A stretch of 64,000 nucleotides of DNA, taken from contig CAXXJS010000040.1 in NCBI GenBank assembly GCA_963662665.2, forward strand, positions 288,001 through 352,000, read 5' to 3'. The notes beneath the pieces are model-generated. The model worked only from the letters and a program-made list of their open reading frames with translations, made no database searches and was not told the origin of the DNA. The DNA is from Candidatus Latescibacterota bacterium. GTDB taxonomy: Bacteria > Latescibacterota > UBA2968 > GCA-2709665. Shown here piece after piece: positions 8,523-17,613 of the stretch. The translations under genes were made by a program, and so were the position numbers. Within the stretch, counting starts at the first letter, position 1; each line of letters begins with the position of its first letter.

Positions 8523-11054
8523 TCACGCCAGCAGATCGTCGCGCCCCAACTCCGTCGCCGGCGTCCGGCTGGCGCGGACCGCCGGATAGAGACTTGCCAG
8601 CACGGCCGCGCCGAGTATGGCCGCAGCCTGCTGAAGGATGGGTCCCCAGGGCCAGTATACCTGAATGGTCCACCCGAAATACGCCCTGTTGATCTCAAAA
8701 ACCAGGACCCCCGCCAACAGCACGCCACCCAGGAGCCCCAGACCCAACCCCAGCAATCCGAAACCGATGCCCTGGCCCAGAAACACCCGGAAGACCTGAC
8801 TGCGCTTCGCGCCGATTGCGCGGTACAACGCCAACTCGGAAACCTGCTCCCGGACCAGTACAAGCAGCATCAACAATATGCCGCACACGGCAATCAGCAG
8901 ACTCATCCCCTGCAGTATCCGCGTTACCAGAAACGTCTGATCGAAAATCCGGATTACTTCGTCTCTAAGCCGTCGATTGCTGCGTATTTGAAGGGGCGCC
9001 TCCGAAAACCGCGCCTTCAAACCGTCTATGACGGTGTCACCGTCCCAACCTGGCTTCAGAAAGAGTGCAGCGCCGTTGACCGGTCCGGGGCCGAAAGCAG
9101 TCTCCATTGTCTTCAGATCCATCACGACCGCGCCGCCGCCGGTATGGTAGTCATAGTACACGGCAGCCACGGGAAACCGGATCTCGCCTTCCGGCCCGGA
9201 GACGGGGACTTCGTCGCCGGTCCACTTATTGATCGCCCGGGCGAGCGTTTCCCCGACAAACACCGCTCCCTCCTCCCGCACCAGCCGGTACGCCTCATCC
9301 ACGTCCCCATCCAGCAGCGGAAAGCGCGCCTCGCCGCCCGGGAGCGCCATATCCACGCCGGCAACTCCTATCTGGCGGTCGCCGGACCAGGCGGGGAACC
9401 CGCGGAGGCGGTCCAACGCCGCCACGCCCGGATGAACGAACAACGTTTCTATCAGGTCATCCTCCAGAACACCCTCGGCACCCCGCCCCCGCCACGAAGC
9501 CGGCGAAATATACACGTCCGCCCGGATCGACGCATCGATCCACACCTCAAGCGTCCGCCGGAAACTCCCGATCATCAGGGTGATGCCCACCAGCATGCTG
9601 ACCGCGATGGCCAGAGAAGCCACGGCAAAAGACGTGGTGCGAATCCGAACGGCCAGTCCCCTCAGACTGTACCCCGGCCCGAATCCTCTTACCCGCACTC
9701 GCCCGCAAACCTGCCGGATTGTGAATGGCGCGCAAAGCGGCAGTCCGATCAGGAGCGCCACGCATAGCACAAACCCCGCGTGTTTCCATTCCCTACCCCA
9801 CACCAGGTACCAGATTCCAGCCGCTGCAAGAATGCCCACACCCGCTGAAAGGAGCCTCAATGCCAGCGAACCCGTCCGCTCCGGAAGCGGAAACGCCGAA
9901 AGCAGGGCGCGGGTATCCCGGCGGCTCATATCCAGCGCCGGCGCCATAGCGCCCGCCAGGGCGCCGCCCATTCCAATTGCCACGCCCAACCCGTACAGCC
10001 ACCGCGGCAACGCCAGGGTCGAGATCTCCTCCAGCAGGTAGAGATTGGTGAGCGTCGCGCTCACAATCTCCAGGTTCGCTTCGGCGGCCCAGTACCCCAG
10101 CGGCAACCCAAGCAGCACGCCCATCGCGCCCAGAAGCGCCACCTCCCCCAGAATCAACCCGAGGACCTGAGACCGCGTGGCGCCCAGAGAGCGCAATAGC
10201 CCGAATTCCGCTCGCCGCCGTACCAGCCCCGCCTGAGTACTGCTGTAGACCAGGAAGAGCCCCACGAACAGGCTGATGAGACTCATCGCGGTCAGATTCA
10301 GGCGAAATGCCGAAAGCAACCCCTCCGCCTGCCGGGACCGCTGCCCGGGCGTCGCCACGCGCACGCCGGGGCCAAGCCGTGTCTGCAACCGTCTCCTGAC
10401 GCCCTCGGCACTGGCGCCCGGGGCAGTACGTACGTCAATCTGGTGAAGCTCACCGCTCCGCCCCAGCAGCGCCTGCGCCTGCGCGATATCCATTACCACG
10501 AGTTTCCGGCTGGCCAGCGGGCTCAGTTCCTGGAAATCCACCAGCGCCCCAACGCGCAACCGCACGCGTCGAACCCCACTGTGAACTTCGAACGTATCTC
10601 CCACGGCCCAACCGAATTGCCCCGCCAGGGCCGGCGTTACCGCGCTCCATCCATCACCCGCCAGCGCTGCCGGGACGTCGCCGCGGCCGTCCCGCCAGGG
10701 TATCCGCATCGGCGTGAAAAAATCGACCCCCAGCACCTCCAGGAAAAAACGGTCGTGGTCCGTCAGCGCAACGTCCACCCGATAGAGCGGCCAGGCCGCC
10801 GCGACCCCCTCCGAGGCCAGCACGTTGGCGTACAAACGCTCCGAAAACGCCGGCGTTCTTCCCAGCACACTTAAATCAGCCTCCCCGCTCACCGCCCGCA
10901 CGGTTCCCTCGAACGCGGCCAGCGCGTTGTAGTTGACAATCTGAATGGAGAGCACCGACGCAACGCCAAGCGCCACGCCGAATACCGTCAGAAAATACAG
11001 GCTGCCTCCCCCGCGAAGTTGGGCGCCCAGCGAATTTGTGAAGTAGCGGACCAA
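8523..11054 (-). CDS. FtsX/MacB-like ABC transporter permease (two-repeat, AttF/G or YbbP-like)
   Basis: 843 aa with two MacB periplasmic + FtsX units (RRRAEFGLLRSLGATRSQV; ELALYRAIGAKRSQV). Confidence 0.85.
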   Translation of the reverse strand: MVRYFTNSLGAQLRGGGSLYFLTVFGVALGVASVLSIQIVNYNALAAFEGTVRAVSGEADLSVLGRTPAFSERLYANVLASEGVAAAWPLYRVDVALTDHDRFFLEVLGVDFFTPMRIPWRDGRGDVPAALAGDGWSAVTPALAGQFGWAVGDTFEVHSGVRRVRLRVGALVDFQELSPLASRKLVVMDIAQAQALLGRSGELHQIDVRTAPGASAEGVRRRLQTRLGPGVRVATPGQRSRQAEGLLSAFRLNLTAMSLISLFVGLFLVYSSTQAGLVRRRAEFGLLRSLGATRSQVLGLILGEVALLGAMGVLLGLPLGYWAAEANLEIVSATLTNLYLLEEISTLALPRWLYGLGVAIGMGGALAGAMAPALDMSRRDTRALLSAFPLPERTGSLALRLLSAGVGILAAAGIWYLVWGREWKHAGFVLCVALLIGLPLCAPFTIRQVCGRVRVRGFGPGYSLRGLAVRIRTTSFAVASLAIAVSMLVGITLMIGSFRRTLEVWIDASIRADVYISPASWRGRGAEGVLEDDLIETLFVHPGVAALDRLRGFPAWSGDRQIGVAGVDMALPGGEARFPLLDGDVDEAYRLVREEGAVFVGETLARAINKWTGDEVPVSGPEGEIRFPVAAVYYDYHTGGGAVVMDLKTMETAFGPGPVNGAALFLKPGWDGDTVIDGLKARFSEAPLQIRSNRRLRDEVIRIFDQTFLVTRILQGMSLLIAVCGILLMLLVLVREQVSELALYRAIGAKRSQVFRVFLGQGIGFGLLGLGLGLLGGVLLAGVLVFEINRAYFGWTIQVYWPWGPILQQAAAILGAAVLASLYPAVRASRTPATELGRDDLLA

Positions 11055-11141
11055 GGGACCTGTCCTGATCTCAAAAATAACCGCGGAATACGGCGCCCGC
11101 GGCGCTGGTCACGCGGGGGCGCGAGACAGAGGCGGAAGGCT

Positions 11142-11238
11142 TAACAGCCCGTCGAAAAAGTCCATCCGGGCTGCGTCCGGCCCTTGTGGCCGAATGACTC
11201 GGCCTCGCCTGCAGAGCGACTTTTTCAACGGACTGTTA
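11142..11238. mobile_element. 97-bp MITE-like element with 21-bp terminal inverted repeats
   Basis: TAACAGCCCGTCGAAAAAGTC (11142-11162) and GACTTTTTCAACGGACTGTTA (11218-11238) are inverted repeats with 2 mismatches and TA at both ends. One end recurs at 60942. Confidence 0.75.
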
Positions 11239-11902
11239 TCTCTCCGCTGTGCAGTTCCAAGATCTCGTCGGCCAGCGACGCGAATTCCCGGCTGTGGGTC
11301 ACGTATACCAGCGTTGCATCCTCACGCGCCACGAGGTCCATCATTATGTTCATCACCCGCCGCCCGTTCTCGTCGTCGAGATTACCGGTGGGTTCGTCCG
11401 CAAGCAACAAACCGGGACGGCGCAATAGCGCCCGGCAGATGGCCACCCGCTGCTGCTCGCCTCCCGACAGCTTCTGAACCGGGTCCGCGGCGCGATCGGC
11501 CAGTTCCACGCGTTCCAGCAACTCGCGGACCCGCGGCCTGTAAGTCCGCGGCTTCTCTCCGGCGATCATCGCCGGCAGCGCGACGTTATCCGCAACCGGC
11601 AGGTGCGGCATCAGATAGAAAAACTGAAATATCAGTCCGACCTCATCCCGTCTCAGCAACGTTCGCGCTTCTTCCGACAGTGCGCTCACGTCCTGCCGGC
11701 CCACGCGCACCACCCCTTCGGTGGGAACGTCGATGCCCGCTGCCAGGTGCAACAACGTGGACTTGCCGCTACCACTGCGCCCCACGACCGCCACCTTCCG
11801 GCCCGCGTCCACGACAAACGACACGTCGCGCAGCGCATACCGTGCGCCGCTGCCGGCATCGTAAGCTCTGGAAACCCTTTCAAACGAGAGCGCTGGCGCC
11901 AT
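11225..11902 (-). CDS. ABC transporter ATP-binding protein (LolD/MacB-like)
   Basis: GRSGSGKST, LSGGEQQRVAI, LLADEPTGNLD, VTH. Likely ATG at 11902. Confidence 0.9.
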   Translation of the reverse strand: MAPALSFERVSRAYDAGSGARYALRDVSFVVDAGRKVAVVGRSGSGKSTLLHLAAGIDVPTEGVVRVGRQDVSALSEEARTLLRRDEVGLIFQFFYLMPHLPVADNVALPAMIAGEKPRTYRPRVRELLERVELADRAADPVQKLSGGEQQRVAICRALLRRPGLLLADEPTGNLDDENGRRVMNIMMDLVAREDATLVYVTHSREFASLADEILELHSGEITVR

Positions 11903-12068
11903 GTCGATTTCTCCATTCTTCAAGACCGCACGGCCGAACCACGTATAGAATCGCATGGACGGGACCGACGCTCCCGTGCACGAATGGATTGGTGTTGCGA
12001 TCGGGGTCCTTTTCGCGTATCTATTTCAGCACCGATCGCGATGCGTGGCAACTCCAGGAGGCATCCCG

Positions 12069-13127
12069 GTGTTTTCTTTCAGTAAAAAAAAATATACGCT
12101 CACGGGCCTCGCGCGAACCTGCGGCTGAGCGGCCAAAATCAGTCCGGTCGGACTGAAGAAGCTCCTTGACCGCCTGCCTCAAAACGCCGATCCGAACCTG
12201 ATGGTGGGATTTCAGACCGGAGACGACGCCGGGGTCTACCGGATGGACGATGAGACCGCCCTGGTGCTCACCGCGGACTTCATCACGCCGCCGGTGGACG
12301 ATCCCTACGTTTTCGGTCAGATCGGTGCGGCCAACGCCCTCAGCGACGTCTACGCCATGGGCGGACGGCCCATCGCATGCCTGAACCTTATCGGATTTCC
12401 TTCCCGGCGCCTCGGGCCCGAGATCCTGGAAGGCATCGTCGAGGGCGCACTCAGCAAGATCACCGAAGCCGGTGCCGTCCTGGCGGGCGGACACACCACC
12501 GACGACGAGGAGCCCAAATTCGGGCTATCCGTAACCGGCGTCGTGCACCCCCAAAAATACTGGCACAACGCCGGCGCCCGTCCGGGCGATACACTCATTC
12601 TGACCAAACCCGTGGGCAGCGGGGTGCTGTTTAATGCAAACCTCAAGGGATGGGTCTCGGACGCTGCGATGCAGGAATGCCTGAGCACCACCGCCGCCCT
12701 CAACAAGACCGCGGCAGGTGTTCTGGCCGGGTTCGACGTCCACGCGGCTACCGACGTCACCGGCTTCGGTCTGGCAGGCCACGCCCTGGAAATCGCCGTT
12801 GCTTCCCGCCTCACGCTGGAGATTTCGGCCACCGACGTGCCAATAATGTCTGAGGCCATTGACATGTACGAAAGAGGCATGAGCACCGGCTCCAATGACG
12901 CCAACCGGGAACTTATCCGGGACGCAGCCCGTTTCGACGCAGCCCTTCCTGAACGATACGAGGAAATATTCGTCGACCCCCAGACCAGCGGAGGTCTCCT
13001 GGTTTCGGTACCGGCCGATCAGGGACGGCGGCTCCTGACCGCCCTGCACGACGCCGGCGAGAGCCGGGCGCGCATCATCGGGTCCGTAAGGCCGGCGGAT
13101 GACGACGCGCGGATCGTCTTCGTATAA
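12069..13127 (+). CDS. selD: Selenide, water dikinase SelD, selenocysteine-containing (UGA at 12126-12128)
   Basis: AGGAGG SD then GTG at 12069 in frame: MFSFSKKKYTLTGLARTCG-U-AAKISP...GDDAGVY...DFITP...ANALSDVYAMGG...TDVTGFGLAGH...DPQTSGGLL. Confidence 0.93.
12139..12156 (+). promoter_or_regulatory. Bacterial SECIS-like hairpin
   Basis: TCAGTCC-GGTC-GGACTGA, a 7-bp stem with a G-first loop, beginning 10 nt after the in-frame UGA. Confidence 0.8.
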
Positions 13128-13189
13128 ACGATGCGTCCCAACGCCATATGGCTGGCAGGCGCAAACCGCCGGCCCCAACGGCCCGGCGT

Positions 13190-14200
13190 CTACCGGCCGA
13201 TGGCGCTCTCGGCCACCCGAAGCCCGGAACCCAGCGCCAGCACCATCTGCCCCACCTTGCCTACCGCCTGCTTCACCCCCCAGGTGGGCCGTGGCTGTCC
13301 GATCGGCGACAATTTAACGAGCACCCGATTTGGCGGGCGCTTGAGAACCAGAACGCCGAAGTGCTGGGAGAATGCGCCCTCCTTCACCATCGTCTCCACC
13401 AGACAGTCCCCATTGCGGTCGGTATAGACGGCAACCAGCTTGATCACCACGGTCACCCCGCGGTGATCCGTCCGCCACGAACCGGGCTCGAAACCCGCCG
13501 GCAATCGGGTACGGTCGTACTTTCCTTCCAACAGCATATTCGGCATCGGTCCGACCTTTTCAACGGGTTTCGGGAGGGAGGCGCGGGTATCCCTCCGCCA
13601 GACGAAATAACGAACGGGCACGCCGGCATCCAGGGCTTTCCGCTCGTACTTGGTGGGCTTCCGCCCGGGCAACCCCGGCACCGACGCCGACGGGAAGCCG
13701 GACCGCAGTAACGGCTGCGCTTCCAGCACCTCGGAAATCCACGAGGCATAACCCCCGTGATCCGTCGCAACGGTCACGGTGCCGTCCGGCTTCAGTCGCT
13801 CCGCCAGCGCCCCAATGAAGTCCGATTGGATCAGCCGTCTGCCGTGATGCCGTTCCTTGGGCCAGGGATCGGGAAAGTTGATATAAATCTGTGCGACGCT
13901 ATCCACGGAAAAGAGGCGCTCGAACACAACATCCGCCCCGCCGTGAACAACCCGCACGTTTGTGGGGCCGCCCCGGTCCAACCGCCTGAATAACCTCTGG
14001 ACGGACACCCAGGATCGTTCGACGCCGACGAAATTCATATCAGGACTCGCCCGGGCCCGATCTACCAGAAACTCGCCGGTGCCGAAGCCTATTTCCACGA
14101 CCAGCGGCCCGGAACGGCCGAAGATCGCCGCCCAGTCCGGCGGCCAGTTCGCCGTAATCCAGGGGACCATGTGGTTCCGGATGGCTTCGCTAAGCGGCAT
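13190..14200 (-). CDS. trmB: tRNA (guanine-N7)-methyltransferase with C-terminal extension
   Basis: VEIGFGTGEF, INFPDPWPKERHHGRRL, ATDH, TKYERK. Start uncertain (14200-14224). Confidence 0.88.
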   Translation of the reverse strand: MPLSEAIRNHMVPWITANWPPDWAAIFGRSGPLVVEIGFGTGEFLVDRARASPDMNFVGVERSWVSVQRLFRRLDRGGPTNVRVVHGGADVVFERLFSVDSVAQIYINFPDPWPKERHHGRRLIQSDFIGALAERLKPDGTVTVATDHGGYASWISEVLEAQPLLRSGFPSASVPGLPGRKPTKYERKALDAGVPVRYFVWRRDTRASLPKPVEKVGPMPNMLLEGKYDRTRLPAGFEPGSWRTDHRGVTVVIKLVAVYTDRNGDCLVETMVKEGAFSQHFGVLVLKRPPNRVLVKLSPIGQPRPTWGVKQAVGKVGQMVLALGSGLRVAESAIGR

Positions 14201-14596
14201 GGCTGCCATAACACCGCTCCACACGGGGAATCAGATCCGGTGTAGAATACATACACGGGACGGACGGTCACCCGTTCTCTCTGGAATCGCGCAAAGGGCC
14301 GCGGGGCTTCATCGGCCGGTGGGCGGACGCGCCGCCCCGTTGAATTTAGTGGATAAGGGAACCCGAATCAAGCGGCGCGTCTCACCGCGCCCGACGCCGT
14401 GAAATACCGTTGACATCGTAGTTAACGGGCCGCATGTTTGGTCCCGTCTGCGGAGGCGGAATTGAAGATGAACCAAGTCTCCGCTTCAAGAAACCAGGCA
14501 GTTTCAATAGACAGTGAACGCCGCGGGAGGACAGACAACGGACCGTTCACGTCCGGGGTATTCGAAGGACAACGGTCTTCGAGAGGAGGTATTACA

Positions 14597-15238
14597 ATGA
14601 ACGTGTTGATCCTGTCGGGAGAGAATCACGGATTTGATCAGTGCACAGGGATGATCAGGGGGTTTCTGGATGCACAATCCGATCTGTCAGTGGAACTCAG
14701 CGAGAACATGGACTTGCTGGCGCGCGGGATGGACCGTTACGACGTTTGCGTGTTCGGAACGGGATTTACACGTACCGTAAGGCGAAAGGACGGTTCGATT
14801 GCCCGTGAACCGGACCTGACCCCCGCGCAGGAGGATGGCCTCTTCGGGTTCGTGGCGAGCGGGAACGGTCTGGTGGGGATTCATGGAACGGGATGGTGGA
14901 TCGGCGGTCGGGCGGCGGACCTCCTGGGCGGGCATGCCAACTGGCACCCGCCGGGATTGACGTTTACCGTAAACGTGGAAGATCAGGACCACCCGGTAAT
15001 GGAGGGCATCCAGGACTTTGAGGTGGACGACGAGATCTATATCTCGGCGTATGAACCTCAATTGAGAATTCTGGCGTCCGCGCAATGGCTCGGCGGAACC
15101 TTTCCGATTGCGTGGGTGAAAGCTTACGGATCGGGTCGGGTATTCTACACTGCGCTCGGCCACGGGCCGGGGACGTTTGCGCGGCCGCCGGTTCAGGCGA
15201 TGCTCTGCCAGGGCGTACGGTGGGCCGCGGGTGGTTAG
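14597..15238 (+). CDS. ThuA-like (class I glutamine amidotransferase-like) domain protein
   Basis: GGAGG SD, GLVGIH, DHPVMEG...DEIY, GSGRVFYTALGH. Confidence 0.8.
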   Translation: MNVLILSGENHGFDQCTGMIRGFLDAQSDLSVELSENMDLLARGMDRYDVCVFGTGFTRTVRRKDGSIAREPDLTPAQEDGLFGFVASGNGLVGIHGTGWWIGGRAADLLGGHANWHPPGLTFTVNVEDQDHPVMEGIQDFEVDDEIYISAYEPQLRILASAQWLGGTFPIAWVKAYGSGRVFYTALGHGPGTFARPPVQAMLCQGVRWAAGG

Positions 15239-15364
15239 CCGGGGGCCGAGAAATCCACCGGGACGCGGACAGCCCGCTCGACGTTGTGTGGATCCGACCA
15301 CGATTGCGTCCCGTCTCCAAAGGCTGGTTCGACAACACGGCAAATCGAACGAAGGAGGGATGAG

Positions 15365-16150
15365 ATGCTGGACTTGGATCTATCCGGGCGGGTGGCGCTC
15401 GTAACAGGCGGCAGCGAGGGCATTGGCAAAGGGATCGCACGGAAGTTGGCTGACGAGGGATGCAGGGTTGCAATATGTGGGCGCCGGCAGGACGTTCTGA
15501 CTCGCGCCGCGGAGGCCATCAGGTCGGAATCCGGCGCCGAGGTACTCCCGGTGGCGGCGGACGTCACGATTGCCGCGGACGTGGAACGGTTCGTAAACGA
15601 GGCGGCGTCCGGATTCGGCGGTATCGATATCCTGGTCAACAACGCGGGCCGTTCCGAAGCCCATCACTTCGAGGATGCGACCGAACCCGTGTGGCAGGAG
15701 GATTTCAATCTGAAGTTCTGGGCGGCGGTCCGCGGTTCAAGGCTGGCGATTCCGCACATGAAGACGCGTGGCGGGGGCAGCATCGTGAATATCACGCATC
15801 CGGGAGGCAAGGCGCCCGGGCCGGGTTCGGTCCCCACGTCGGTGAGCCGCGCCGCGGGAATCGCATTGAGCAAAGCGATGTCAAAAGACCTGGCGCAACA
15901 CCGGATTCGGGTGAATACGGTCTGCCTGACAAATATCCGGTCCGCGCAGGCAAAACGGGCCTGGACGGCCTCCGGCAGCGACATGGATTTCGATGCCTGG
16001 TGTGAAGAACTGGGAAAGGACGTGCCGCTGGGGAGGATGGGCGAACCCGGAGAGGTGGCCGATCTGGTCGCGTTTCTGGTGTCCGAGCGGGGTGCCTTCA
16101 TTACAGGCGCGGCAATTAACTTCGACGGCGGATCCGGGGAAACGGTTTAG
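15365..16150 (+). CDS. Short-chain dehydrogenase/reductase
   Basis: TGGSEGIG, DILVNNAG, VPLGRMGEP...FITGAAINFDGG. Confidence 0.9.
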   Translation: MLDLDLSGRVALVTGGSEGIGKGIARKLADEGCRVAICGRRQDVLTRAAEAIRSESGAEVLPVAADVTIAADVERFVNEAASGFGGIDILVNNAGRSEAHHFEDATEPVWQEDFNLKFWAAVRGSRLAIPHMKTRGGGSIVNITHPGGKAPGPGSVPTSVSRAAGIALSKAMSKDLAQHRIRVNTVCLTNIRSAQAKRAWTASGSDMDFDAWCEELGKDVPLGRMGEPGEVADLVAFLVSERGAFITGAAINFDGGSGETV

Positions 16151-16156
16151 CGAGGT

Positions 16157-16930
16157 TTAAACTGCCAGCTGATGAGCCCGCGTGAAGCAGCGGCGGCGGA
16201 CGACGTGTACGACAACGACGGAGCCGATGGCCGTGGCGGCAACAATCATCAGCATTACGATTATCTGATACTTGATGGCGGTCATCGGATCCGAGCCGGC
16301 AAGGATCTGACCTGTCATCATCCCGGGAAGCGACACGAGGCCAACGGTCATGAGGGCGTTGATAGAGGGAATCATGCCGGCTTTCACCACGTCGCGCAGA
16401 ATGGTGGCGGTGGCTTCCTGGTAGGTGGCGCCCAGACAAAGCGCGAGTTCAATCTGGGCCCGCTGTTTACGCAGGTCGGAGAAGAGACGTTCCAGTGCGA
16501 TCGTGACGGCGTTCATGGAATTACCAATGATCATCCCGCCAAGGGGGATGAAGTACTGTGGCGTGTACCAGGGTTTGACCTGAACGATTACCCCTGTTAC
16601 CAGGACGGACACGGTGGTATAGCTTGCGACCATGGAAATAAAGGTGGGCACAAAGTAGGCCACCTCCTTTTCCTTTACCCGGCCGCGAATGGCGTGGGCG
16701 GCCCAAAAGACCATCCAGACGAAGAGGATGAGAATCAGGTACGGGTTGTTGATCTGGAAGATGTACTTGAGAACGTAGCCGACGAGGAAGAGTTGGGCGA
16801 ACGTACGCACCGTGCCCCATGCGAGGTCCCGTTCCAGGTTGAGCCGGAAGATAACCGAGCCGGCGCCCGCAATGAGGACGAAGACGAGACACAGCAGCAG
16901 TTGCAGCGGAGAGAACTCGATCAGGTTCAA
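16157..16930 (-). CDS. fetB: FetB/UPF0014 ABC transporter permease
   Basis: IPLGGMIIGNSM, GLVSLPGMMTGQILAG...AIKYQI. Confidence 0.85.
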   Translation of the reverse strand: MNLIEFSPLQLLLCLVFVLIAGAGSVIFRLNLERDLAWGTVRTFAQLFLVGYVLKYIFQINNPYLILILFVWMVFWAAHAIRGRVKEKEVAYFVPTFISMVASYTTVSVLVTGVIVQVKPWYTPQYFIPLGGMIIGNSMNAVTIALERLFSDLRKQRAQIELALCLGATYQEATATILRDVVKAGMIPSINALMTVGLVSLPGMMTGQILAGSDPMTAIKYQIIVMLMIVAATAIGSVVVVHVVRRRCFTRAHQLAV

Positions 16931-17589
16931 GCGGAGACCTCCTGAAGATCGCCGTCGAGCCGGTAGCGCCGGACGCCGGCCCGATCGGGCGTGAAATCCA
17001 TATGCGTGACCTGGACAACGCCTATGTTCTGTTCCAGCGCGAGTCGTTCCAGCCAGGTTTCGACCACGGATTTGGAGTCGGGGTCGAGGGCGGAAGTGGG
17101 TTCGTCGCAGAGGAGGAAGCTGGGCTCGGACAGAAGCGAACGGATCAGGGCGATCCGCTGTTTCTGGCCCACGGAAAGGGTTTCCGCGTCGTCGTCGAGA
17201 TCCACGTCCTGAAGCAGGAAATCGTCCAAAAGGGCTCGGAGCCGGCCTTCGTCGGGCAGCTGCCCGTCCCCTGCGGCTTTGAACGTGAAGGACAGCGTCA
17301 GGTTGTTGCGTACGGCGCCGGCGGCCATTGCTGGTGTTTGCTGGACGTAACCGACCTTTCGCCGCAGTTCCGGGACGTGGTGGCCCGTCACGGGTTTGCC
17401 GTCCAGCAGGATGTCGCCCGAGGAGGGTTCCTGCAGCCGGTTGGGCAGCCTGAGGAGGCTGGATTTGCCGCTTCCCGAAGGTCCGTGAATAAGAATGTAA
17501 TCGCCGCTTTCAACTGTGAGATTCACCCGTTGAAACAGCGGTTTTTTTTTGCCGTATCGAAGTGATAGGTTCCTGATCTCGAGGCGCAT
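16927..17589 (-). CDS. fetA: FetA-like ABC ATP-binding protein
   Basis: GPSGSGKSS, LSVGQKQR, DEPTSALD. Overlaps the fetB start. Confidence 0.75.
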   Translation of the reverse strand: MRLEIRNLSLRYGKKKPLFQRVNLTVESGDYILIHGPSGSGKSSLLRLPNRLQEPSSGDILLDGKPVTGHHVPELRRKVGYVQQTPAMAAGAVRNNLTLSFTFKAAGDGQLPDEGRLRALLDDFLLQDVDLDDDAETLSVGQKQRIALIRSLLSEPSFLLCDEPTSALDPDSKSVVETWLERLALEQNIGVVQVTHMDFTPDRAGVRRYRLDGDLQEVSA

Positions 17590-17613
17590 GGCTGTCCGGA
17601 TTTCGGAGGATGG

